From Bacteriovoracaceae bacterium (lineage in GTDB: Bacteria > Bdellovibrionota > Bacteriovoracia > Bacteriovoracales > Bacteriovoracaceae): a DNA stretch of 22,435 bases. This document shows positions 1 through 7,998 of this stretch, piece after piece. The notes beneath the pieces are model-generated. The model did not search any database, was not told the origin of the DNA, and was given only the letters and a program-made list of their open reading frames with translations. Where the stretch lies: assembly GCA_041586955.1 (NCBI GenBank), contig JBFGZE010000054.1, positions 1 through 22,435 of the forward strand, read 5' to 3'. Numbering within the stretch: position 1 is the first letter of the stretch; every line of letters starts with the position of its first letter. Made by a program: the position numbers and the translations under genes.

Positions 1-2
1 CG

Positions 3-191
3 CCTAGAAGCGTTCTCACTGAGTGCACCGTCGGCAAAATAAAAGATAGCATTATAAGTTGGAAAACGTTCGTCTTGAAGATAGACCACTTCCAAGTCCT
101 GCCATTTAAACTTTTTAATATTATTACTACCGAAGGCGAGAATCTTTCCACTCACCAATAATGCCATTAATCCTATCAATATTTGCTTCAT
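3..191 (-). CDS. M16 family peptidase partner subunit, N-terminal part (runs off window start)
   Basis: Manual translation from ATG at 191 (AAGGA RBS upstream) gives MKQILIGLMALLVSGKILAFGSNNIKKFKWQDLEVVYLQDERFPTYNAIFYFADGALSE..., open to the window edge. It has a signal peptide and the 'vv+..D.r.P......f..Ga..e' pattern of M16B N-termini, and lies directly downstream of an M16 gene. Confidence 0.75.
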   Translation of the reverse strand, partial: MKQILIGLMALLVSGKILAFGSNNIKKFKWQDLEVVYLQDERFPTYNAIFYFADGALSENASR

Positions 192-227
192 AAAAATCCT
201 TTTTGACTCAACTTAATCATTTCCCTA

Positions 228-1637
228 TTACTTTTTCTTTGATTTCGGATGCTTTTCCCATACTGACAGAAAAATGGATTCTCCTTTGGCGAAAACATCA
301 CGACAAGTTTTTTTGACTTCCTCTAAGGTAATCGAATTATAAATCTTTAATTCTTTTTCATGAAAAAGATAGTCATCATAAATTAATTCATTAAGACCAA
401 TGGTATGAGCGACGCCTGAGTTAGTCTGCATTTGTTTGAAGAAATGGACCAGGTATTGGTTCTTTGTTTTTTGTAATGATCTTTCATCAAGTGCCTGATG
501 ACAAAGTAGTTTGGTATTTTTGATCAAGGTTTTTTTAAAAGAAGAAAGCTTAGTGCGCCCTAAAAGCTCACCCGAAATATAAAAGACGCCATTTTTCTTT
601 AAAGTATAATTCCCCACTCCAATATTATTGAGAAGTGGCCTTTTGGATTTTACGAATTTCTGATGAAAGTAGGAACTCTCTCCATCTCCTAGCATGGATG
701 AAAGAATATCCATAACAAAACTTTTGCGAGTACCCAGCGGCTCTCCCTTGAAGGCCATCATAAAAATGGGGTTGGGATTTGTCCCATGTAATTTGATATC
801 TCTCCAATAACGCCCTTGATGGCGATAGAGAGCTGCCCTATCCTTTTCCTTTTTATAGGCCACAATTTTAGCTGAACTCTTTTTGAAATGACCAAAACGC
901 TTTTCGATTTGATCAAAGGCATGATCGGCATGCACGTCACCTGCAATAACAATGATGGCATTATCTGGCGTATAAAAGTTATGAAAAAATTCCCACATCT
1001 GTTCACGCGTTAATGCCTCGAGGTCTTTCACTTCACCTATCACAGAACCACCGTAAGGAGTTTTCTCAAAAACCGCCTTCATCATCGCCAGGTAAATTTG
1101 GCCATTGGGACTGTTTTCATAGCGATTCTTGCGCTCTTCAAAGATAACCTTACGCTCACTTTCAAAAGACTCTGGTAATAATAAAAGGGAGTCCATACGG
1201 TCAGCTTCAAGATCGATAATTTTATCAATCATATGACTTGGTAGCTTCTGATAATAAACAGTCTTATCAAAAGTTGTATAGGCATTGGTTTGGCCACCAG
1301 AGCCCTCAATCAACGAATCAAATTGACCAGGGCCATACTTCTTGGCACCTTTAAACATCATATGCTCCAGAAAATGGGTGGCGCCAGTCGTTCCTGGGCC
1401 CTCGTGACGCCCTCCGACATTGTAGAGTGTATAATAAGAAAAGACCGGCAGGCGGTGATCTTCAATGACAAAGGCCCGTAGGCCATTCGCTAAGGTTTTT
1501 TTGTGAATTTTTAAATCAAGCGACTTTTCTAATTGAACGACGGCCTGGGCATGTCTTCCAGACTGATTACTAGGGGCATGGGAACAGGCACTTAAAAGGG
1601 CCAATAACGCTACGCTCAAAAATAAGCGATTTTTCAT
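228..1637 (-). CDS. M16B (pitrilysin/insulinase family) zinc peptidase, probable lipoprotein
   Basis: Inverted zinc motif HFLEH in GATHFLEHMMFKG, NAYTTFDKTVY, ERKVIFEER; lipobox LLSAC; GAGGAG RBS. Confidence 0.93.
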   Translation of the reverse strand: MKNRLFLSVALLALLSACSHAPSNQSGRHAQAVVQLEKSLDLKIHKKTLANGLRAFVIEDHRLPVFSYYTLYNVGGRHEGPGTTGATHFLEHMMFKGAKKYGPGQFDSLIEGSGGQTNAYTTFDKTVYYQKLPSHMIDKIIDLEADRMDSLLLLPESFESERKVIFEERKNRYENSPNGQIYLAMMKAVFEKTPYGGSVIGEVKDLEALTREQMWEFFHNFYTPDNAIIVIAGDVHADHAFDQIEKRFGHFKKSSAKIVAYKKEKDRAALYRHQGRYWRDIKLHGTNPNPIFMMAFKGEPLGTRKSFVMDILSSMLGDGESSYFHQKFVKSKRPLLNNIGVGNYTLKKNGVFYISGELLGRTKLSSFKKTLIKNTKLLCHQALDERSLQKTKNQYLVHFFKQMQTNSGVAHTIGLNELIYDDYLFHEKELKIYNSITLEEVKKTCRDVFAKGESIFLSVWEKHPKSKKK

Positions 1638-1795
1638 AAGAACTCCTCAAAATTTCTACCTTTATAAGAGTAATGGGCCAATGTTCTAAAGGCAAGGATT
1701 AGACCCTAATTTTTTCTTTCTAAAGGGAATCCTTTTGTTTATAGTCTTGATCCAGCTTTAACGCTTGACCAGTCTTTATTTATGGAGAAAGAAGT

Positions 1796-2902
1796 ATGAA
1801 AATAGGGGTCCCTAAAGAAATTAAGAATAATGAAAACCGTGTTGGCCTTATCCCCAGTGGAGCGCTCCAATTAACAATGGAAGGCCATGAAGTTTATGTT
1901 GAGACAAATGCCGGTATAGGAATTGGGATCACAGACGAAGAATATATTCAGGCCGGGGCCAAAATTCTTCCCTCACTCGAAGACGTCTTCGAGACAGCAA
2001 CAATGATTATTAAGGTTAAAGAGCCTCAACCAAGAGAAATCGCTCTTCTTAGACCTCACCATATTCTTTACACCTATTTACACCTTGCAGCTGATAAAGA
2101 GTTAACTGTAGCTCTTATGGAAACAGGTTCAACCTGCATTGCCTACGAAACTATTCAAAATGCCGATAGAAGCTTACCGCTTCTTTTACCAATGTCAGAA
2201 GTGGCCGGTCGTATGTCCACCCAAATTGGCGCCAGTTGTCTTCAATTAGATAATGGTGGTAAAGGAATTCTTCTCGGAGGTGTACCCGGTGTTCGCCGTG
2301 GACGTGTCACTGTTATTGGCTGCGGCGTGGCCGGTACCAATGCTATCAAAATGGCGATGGGCCTAGGAGCTGAAGTCATTGCGATTGACCGCAACGTTAA
2401 ACGCTTGGCCGAGTTAGATGATCTTTTTGATACGCGTATCACCACCCTTTATTCCAACCATCAAAATATCGAAGAGGCAGTTGCTCAATCCGATCTTGTG
2501 ATTGGTGCAGTTTTAATCCCTGGAGCGAAGGCCCCTAAACTCGTGACACGTGAAATGCTCGGGAAAATGGAAAAAGGCTCCGTTATTATCGACATCGCCG
2601 TTGACCAAGGTGGCTGTATTGAAACCTGTCGCCCAACAACTCATGAAAACCCAACGTTTGAAGTTGATGGTGTCGTTCATTATTGTGTCGCCAATATGCC
2701 TGGTGCGGTGGCCAAAACTTCAACCTATGCGCTCACTAATGTCACTCTAGAACATGCCTCCAATTTGGCCAAATTAGGCGTGGACCAAGCTTGCCAGAGA
2801 AATCACGCCCTCAAGCTGGGAATTAATATCTATAAGGGACAATTAGTGTACGAACAGGTTGCTAATGACCTAGAGCTCCCCTACACAGCTTTAAATCTCT
2901 AA
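1796..2902 (+). CDS. ald: Alanine dehydrogenase
   Basis: [35 protein letters not shown], Rossmann motif [33 protein letters not shown]. Confidence 0.97.
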   Translation: MKIGVPKEIKNNENRVGLIPSGALQLTMEGHEVYVETNAGIGIGITDEEYIQAGAKILPSLEDVFETATMIIKVKEPQPREIALLRPHHILYTYLHLAADKELTVALMETGSTCIAYETIQNADRSLPLLLPMSEVAGRMSTQIGASCLQLDNGGKGILLGGVPGVRRGRVTVIGCGVAGTNAIKMAMGLGAEVIAIDRNVKRLAELDDLFDTRITTLYSNHQNIEEAVAQSDLVIGAVLIPGAKAPKLVTREMLGKMEKGSVIIDIAVDQGGCIETCRPTTHENPTFEVDGVVHYCVANMPGAVAKTSTYALTNVTLEHASNLAKLGVDQACQRNHALKLGINIYKGQLVYEQVANDLELPYTALNL

Positions 2903-2917
2903 CCATACTCTCCCCTT

Positions 2918-2953
2918 GGCCAATTCCCTTCCTCTAGCGGGAGAGAATTGGTC
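2918..2953 (+). terminator. Stem-loop after ald (possible terminator or mRNA 3' stabiliser)
   Basis: GGCCAATTCCCTTCC-tctagc-GGGAGAGAATTGGTC pairs with G-U wobbles and one mismatch, 15 nt after the stop. There is no clear U-tract. Confidence 0.5.
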
Positions 2954-3062
2954 TAAATCACCTAACCATCTAAAATAACGACATTTTTCCTGCGGGTAGA
3001 AACTGACAGGCTGTTTCCTCGGCCTAACACCCGTGTTAAAATTGACCCGTAAGGAGTCGGTT

Positions 3063-3533
3063 ATGACCGGTAATAAAAAAATTGATACCATTCTTGTTGC
3101 CATTTCGACGCTCGCCAGTTTAGTGGTCCTTGGTATTTTTATCTATACTGAAATGGTTTTTAAAAAGGAATTGCCACAAGAACAGGCAGAACGTGAAGAG
3201 TTTATGGCCGATAGTAAAAAGCTCACAGTGAGTGATATGGTCAAGCTCGATAAAATGATTATCAATATTCGCAGCAATAATAGCCGTCTACGCTTCCTGG
3301 ATCTTCAGGCACACCTTGTCCCTTTTAAAAATAAACAAGCAGAGAGCATCGAGAAAGAAAAGGCCATTATTCAGGACATCTTTATCGATATTGCCGCTCG
3401 TATGCAACCCACTGAGCTCAATTCGATTTCAGGGAAAATTTTATTAGAAAGTCGCCTTAAAAAGCGCATTAATACTTTATGGGAAAAACCCATAGTCAAA
3501 GAAATCTTTTTCTCAAAATTTGTTATTCAATAG
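3063..3533 (+). CDS. fliL: Flagellar basal body-associated FliL family protein
   Basis: Single N-terminal TM helix, then IINIRS..RLRFL, IIQDIFI, GKILLE and C-terminal VKEIFFSKFVIQ, typical of FliL. Start moved to ATG 3063, which follows an AAGGAG RBS. Confidence 0.85.
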   Translation: MTGNKKIDTILVAISTLASLVVLGIFIYTEMVFKKELPQEQAEREEFMADSKKLTVSDMVKLDKMIINIRSNNSRLRFLDLQAHLVPFKNKQAESIEKEKAIIQDIFIDIAARMQPTELNSISGKILLESRLKKRINTLWEKPIVKEIFFSKFVIQ

Positions 3534-3542
3534 AGTCTATTG

Positions 3543-3713
3543 CTAGGAATCTTGAGTAGGACGTACTTCTGTCCATGTCATATTCTCAGAATCATCAGGA
3601 AGCTCTTCAAGAAGCTTTTTAACTTCTTCATGATTCAATTTGCCTTCGGCCAATAATTTATCACGCAGGCGACGATCCATTTTCTTTTCGTTTAACGCAT
3701 TACTCAATCGCAT
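3543..3713 (-). CDS. Small hypothetical protein, 56 aa (not in ORF track)
   Basis: ATG at 3713 with GGGAG RBS 7 nt upstream; MRLSNALNEKKMDRRLRDKLLAEGKLNHEEVKKLLEELPDDSENMTWTEVRPTQDS*. Fills the gap and ends convergently 9 nt from the fliL stop. Confidence 0.8.
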   Translation of the reverse strand: MRLSNALNEKKMDRRLRDKLLAEGKLNHEEVKKLLEELPDDSENMTWTEVRPTQDS

Positions 3714-3881
3714 TCTCAAGCTCCCATGACAAAATCAATTTCATATTTTAACCATCAACATTTAACATGGGACCTCGAGCTTGACAACTCCCCCCTAAAA
3801 AATAATCATTTGTCGCCTTGAATGGGTAGTGGTAGGTTGAGCTCGGATATACGCACTTTTTTTCAAATAGATGGAGAATAA

Positions 3882-5453
3882 ATGGCGTCACAAGGTTTCT
3901 ACCCCAAGTCCCCCGAATTCTATACCTTCGTGCTACTCACTGCAGCACTCTTGAGTTTAATAATCTCTGTCTTTCTAGGACTCAATAAATATTGGTTTAA
4001 CGGGGTTTCTAGTCTCATCGTTTCCGTCGGCCTTTTTATCAGTTATGCCCTTTACCGCTGGGGTCATTTTAAACTCTCTCTTTCACTTTTTATTATCACG
4101 GCAACCCTCGCCCCAGTCATAGGGGCCATCGGTTATCCTAAAGAATTATCAGTCCCGGTATTTTATGCAGCAGCTTTAATCCCTTTTGTATTTGTTCCCC
4201 ATGAATATAAAAATATTTTCCGTTTCGGCATGATTCTCCCCTTTATCGGTGTTTATATCACCCAAACAAATCCGTTATTTGATAATCCCAGCGATAATAT
4301 GACTGCAGGAGACATCCAGACCTTGCACCATCTTATTCTTTTAGGAACGACCTCCATTGCCCTGATCGCCCTGGTCGCCTTACGGCGTATATTAGTAGGA
4401 CGTGAGGAAAAAACCCTTCTGGAAAAACATATTATTCTGGACATGATGAGTGAAGGCCTTTGCTACCTCAATGAAAAAGGCAAAATAGGATATGTCAATC
4501 AGGCCGGGAAAAAAATATTGGGACTTCATGAGATCCCCGCCTTTAAATTACATATACAAGAAATACTTCATTTTGACCGAGCAGGGAAATCCAGCAGTGG
4601 TGGCCACCCCTTTACATTTTTTGAACCCGAAAAATATCATCGAGGCCTCTTTTTTAACTCTAAAGGCGATCGAATCCCCCTAGAATTCTCACTTAGACCC
4701 CTGGCCCACCGATCCGTGCCGATTCGCGGCCGCATAATTATTTTTAGAGATATTACCTCTCAATTAGAAACCCAGAACCAACTCATTCAGTCAGCAAAAA
4801 TGTCTGAGATTGGCCATATCTCTGCGGGCATCGCCCATGAAATCAATAATCCTCTTAATGTCATCCAATTGGTAGTCGAAAAGCTTATTGATGAAGGTAT
4901 CAATAATAAAGACATTCGCCATATTGAACAAATGAGTATTCGTATTCAAAATATCGTCAACTCGCTGCTAAAACTGGCACATGATGATAAGGCCCCCGAC
5001 TTTAATAAAGATTTTAAGGCGAATGAGCTGTTTGTCGACTTGGTTAACTTAACGCGAGAGAGACTCAAACGCCAGAATATAGGGCTCATTCTTGAAGACC
5101 GAAGTCTCAATAAAAAAGTCAAGGGGAATAGAACTCTTATCTCTCAAGTCTTATTAAATCTCATTAATAACTCTTATCAGGCGATCCTAGATTTGGATAA
5201 AAAATGGGTGCGCTTGACTATTGATACCAATGACACCCATGTACTTTTTAAAATGACTGACTCAGGGCCTGGAATTCCAAAGGATATCCAAAAAAATATC
5301 TTCTCGCCATTTTTTACCACAAAGAAGATGGCCGAAGGCACAGGCTTAGGGCTTGCTCTCAGCTTAAAGATTATCAAAAATCAAAATGGGTTACTTTACC
5401 TAAACGATAATCATCCCAACACTCAATTCGTCTTGGCCCTACCATCGACCTAA
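3882..5453 (+). CDS. Membrane-bound PAS-domain sensor histidine kinase (NtrB-like core)
   Basis: About 5-6 N-terminal TM segments; PAS (ILDMMSEGLCYLNEKGKIGYVNQA...IFRDIT); H-box AHEINNPL; N-box QVLLNLINNS; G1 DSGPGI; F FSPFFTTK; G2 GTGLGL. Confidence 0.93.
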   Translation: MASQGFYPKSPEFYTFVLLTAALLSLIISVFLGLNKYWFNGVSSLIVSVGLFISYALYRWGHFKLSLSLFIITATLAPVIGAIGYPKELSVPVFYAAALIPFVFVPHEYKNIFRFGMILPFIGVYITQTNPLFDNPSDNMTAGDIQTLHHLILLGTTSIALIALVALRRILVGREEKTLLEKHIILDMMSEGLCYLNEKGKIGYVNQAGKKILGLHEIPAFKLHIQEILHFDRAGKSSSGGHPFTFFEPEKYHRGLFFNSKGDRIPLEFSLRPLAHRSVPIRGRIIIFRDITSQLETQNQLIQSAKMSEIGHISAGIAHEINNPLNVIQLVVEKLIDEGINNKDIRHIEQMSIRIQNIVNSLLKLAHDDKAPDFNKDFKANELFVDLVNLTRERLKRQNIGLILEDRSLNKKVKGNRTLISQVLLNLINNSYQAILDLDKKWVRLTIDTNDTHVLFKMTDSGPGIPKDIQKNIFSPFFTTKKMAEGTGLGLALSLKIIKNQNGLLYLNDNHPNTQFVLALPST

Positions 5454-6157
5454 TGGATAGTCGGAGGTTTCGTTTCATCATCTTCATCTTTAATCAACTG
5501 AAGATGAGTGGCACGCTTACGCTTACGCGGGGCCTTTTGCCTTTGCGCTCTTTTTGTTAAAAAAACCATCCAAAGTACAGCGGCCCCCATGGCGGCCAAT
5601 TGAATCCAGGCAAAGACACCAAAAGGGGAAAAGACACCCTGATAAAGACTCATGGCCACAAGAATCATCACAAAGTACTTCCCTTTAATAGGGAAAAGAA
5701 AAAAGTACATAGAACGCTCAGGATTGAGAACGCCATAAACCACACAAAGTGCCGACGCCAGGCCTGAGCAGCCCGAGAGGGGTAGGCCATAAACGACTGT
5801 ACCTGAGAGAATTGTCATACCTAGAAGAAGATAAACCGCTCCAGCACCTAAAAGAACAGTCGCCAGAAAATTAATATATCTTTTTGTCCCCCAAAGGCCT
5901 TCTAACTCACTACCAATAAACCATAAGATGAGAGAGTTAAAAATGGTGTCCATCAGCCCGTGGGGTAAAAACCCATAGGTTAAAACCTGCCACACCTTTC
6001 CAGAGGCCAGGCCAGCTGCCGATAAACCAAACCAGGAACTTAAATTAATCCCGCCGATTTTCCCCATCAGTCCACTTAAAACCAAAAGAGAAACCAGGGC
6101 GATAATCATCGTTTTATTAACTTTAGTTAGTGGCGGGGTATAAAATTGATTATTCAT
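5450..6157 (-). CDS. Rhomboid family intramembrane protein (catalytic His apparently absent)
   Basis: WQVLTYGFL, FNSLILWFIGSELEGLWG, GCSG (GxSG), about 6 TM helices. Overlaps the mce stop by 8 nt and the kinase stop by 4 nt. Confidence 0.85.
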   Translation of the reverse strand: MNNQFYTPPLTKVNKTMIIALVSLLVLSGLMGKIGGINLSSWFGLSAAGLASGKVWQVLTYGFLPHGLMDTIFNSLILWFIGSELEGLWGTKRYINFLATVLLGAGAVYLLLGMTILSGTVVYGLPLSGCSGLASALCVVYGVLNPERSMYFFLFPIKGKYFVMILVAMSLYQGVFSPFGVFAWIQLAAMGAAVLWMVFLTKRAQRQKAPRKRKRATHLQLIKDEDDETKPPTIH

Positions 6158-6584
6158 CGCTAGACCTCACCTGTGAGATTTCAATGAGAACCCCCCCTGT
6201 CGATTTGGGGTGAATAAAATTAACGAGACAATTATTTGCGCCAGCAACCGGCCTCTCATTAATCAAGGTATAGCCCTTTTCTTTAAGTTCGAGGCTTTTT
6301 TTCTCGACATCTTTCACCCGAAAGCAGAGATGGTGAATTCCTGGCCCCTTCTTTTGTAAAAATTGATAAATTGGCCCATCCTCTTCGGAAGGCGCTAATA
6401 ATTCAATATGCCCATTTTGATCAATAGGACAAAAGGCCGTTATCACCTTTTGGGATTCCACGATTTCTCTCTCAGGGGAAAAGGAAAATCCTAAATCCTC
6501 GTAAACTTTTTGCGCCTGATCCAAATTATTCACGGCCACGGCGATATGATCCAATACACTATCTTTCAACTCGGGGATTGACAT
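6150..6584 (-). CDS. mce: Methylmalonyl-CoA epimerase (VOC superfamily)
   Basis: DHIAVAV, IELL, FLQKKGPGIHHLCFRV, FIHPKSTGGVLIE. Confidence 0.92.
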   Translation of the reverse strand: MSIPELKDSVLDHIAVAVNNLDQAQKVYEDLGFSFSPEREIVESQKVITAFCPIDQNGHIELLAPSEEDGPIYQFLQKKGPGIHHLCFRVKDVEKKSLELKEKGYTLINERPVAGANNCLVNFIHPKSTGGVLIEISQVRSSDE

Positions 6585-6655
6585 TTTAAGAGGCTCCTTG
6601 TCTTTGCCAATATTGTAATGGTGAATGGGCCCTAATTCAACCAGGATGCTGGTTT

Positions 6656-7012
6656 TTAGAGCTTACCAAAGATAATCGCGACCACTAAAATCAAGACCCC
6701 AGGAATCATAAAGATATATTCTCTTGAATCGAGATGGGCCTTAACCCGCACAACGATTTCGCTACTCGAAGGGACTCTGCCCAATTCGGAAGCAAGAGCG
6801 GTAGGAACACTCTTTTTCAAAGAAGCGAGATAAGTATCATCCTTAAATAAGATAATGCGCAAACATAAAAGTAAGGCCAAAAATAAAAAATAAAGATTAT
6901 CGAAAGGGTAAGGCGAAAATTGATAAATTAAAAATAACGGTAACACACAAAAAAAATGAAGGGATAAAAATAATTTATATTGGAGTCTCATATAAAGTAG
7001 AACCTGACTCAT
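6656..7012 (-). CDS. Hypothetical membrane protein (about 3 TM)
   Basis: Hydrophobic segments; ATGA overlap with the upstream DUF3820 gene. Exact start uncertain. Confidence 0.65.
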   Translation of the reverse strand: MSQVLLYMRLQYKLFLSLHFFCVLPLFLIYQFSPYPFDNLYFLFLALLLCLRIILFKDDTYLASLKKSVPTALASELGRVPSSSEIVVRVKAHLDSREYIFMIPGVLILVVAIIFGKL

Positions 7013-7230
7013 AGGGCCCTCCTAATCCCATGAAAAAGATATTCAAGGCCATTAAGCTTTATTTCGTAGACTTCTCGTAAATATTGTCCGATTTGTCCTT
7101 CCGGAAAGCCCTGTGATTCAAACCACACTAAATAAGTTTCGGGAAGGTCCACGATAAAGCGACCTTTATGCTTACCAAAGGGCATACGGACCTGCATTAA
7201 ATGAAGTAAATGTTGTGATTGAGATTCCAT
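7009..7230 (-). CDS. DUF3820 family small protein (YpeB-like)
   Basis: MPFGKHKGR..DLPE.YLVWF...GFP.G.+G......EIKLNGL signature. Confidence 0.88.
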   Translation of the reverse strand: MESQSQHLLHLMQVRMPFGKHKGRFIVDLPETYLVWFESQGFPEGQIGQYLREVYEIKLNGLEYLFHGIRRAL

Positions 7231-7287
7231 TACATAAGATTATCGAGATTTTTATCCTTTGCAAAGAAAAAGGCCTCATATTAGTGA

Positions 7288-7677
7288 CTAATCGGAATTA
7301 TTGCCATTTTTGTTTTTCTTTTGTTGAATTCGATTCTTTAAGAGCATTTTAAGCGCCGCGGGCCCAATTGGTTTTTTAATAATATCATCAATTCCTGCAT
7401 TATGAGCATCGACAAAATTTAAGTCACTATAACCTGTAATGAAAATAAATGAAGATTTTGTATTGTGTTGTTTAATGGCATTAAAAACTTCAAAACCGTC
7501 TTTTAATGGCATATGAATATCGATCAAGATGACATCGTAATTATTTTTAATTCCCAGATTAATGGCCTCATCCGGGGATTGAGTAATAGCGACATCATAT
7601 TCTTCACAAAGAACGTCTCGATAGGCTTCTAAATGATCTAAATTATCATCTATCATCAATACTGTTTTTCGCCCCAT
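7288..7677 (-). CDS. Single-domain (CheY-like) response regulator
   Basis: Acidic pocket IDD, phospho-Asp in ILIDIHMPLKDG, FITG, KKP; no output domain; GAGGA RBS. Confidence 0.9.
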   Translation of the reverse strand: MGRKTVLMIDDNLDHLEAYRDVLCEEYDVAITQSPDEAINLGIKNNYDVILIDIHMPLKDGFEVFNAIKQHNTKSSFIFITGYSDLNFVDAHNAGIDDIIKKPIGPAALKMLLKNRIQQKKNKNGNNSD

Positions 7678-7998
7678 CTTTTCCTCTCAAATGATTCATT
7701 GCTTTTCCAATCGTAATATGAATTACCATTCAAGACACCACCTATTTTAGAATGGATTTTTTGCTGGAGGTTTTAATCATTGTTAAATAACGAAATTAAA
7801 TAATAAGAACACGTTTGAAAAATGCGCCATCCTGTTCTACGACTGACTCAAGAGGAGGTTAACATTTTCACACTTAAAAAATATTAACTCCATACTTAAG
7901 AAAAGCTAAAAGGCAGTTTAAGAAAATTTAACTCCTACAAAAAACAATGCAATATCAATTTTTGATGAAGAAAAATAAAGTTATGGTTTTCAAATAAA

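Noticed and set aside
2979..3062. Possible riboswitch before fliL: GCGGGT can pair with either of two ACCCGT copies, one next to the SD
   Set aside because: No match to c-di-GMP-I/II or other aptamer consensus that I can recognise, and an extended -10 at 3034-3042 would start transcription downstream of most of the structure. An Rfam/Infernal scan and TSS mapping would settle it.
7678..7998. Long AT-rich intergenic region as possible ncRNA or small ORF (21-aa MRHPVLRL...)
   Set aside because: No RBS, stable structure or terminator evident.
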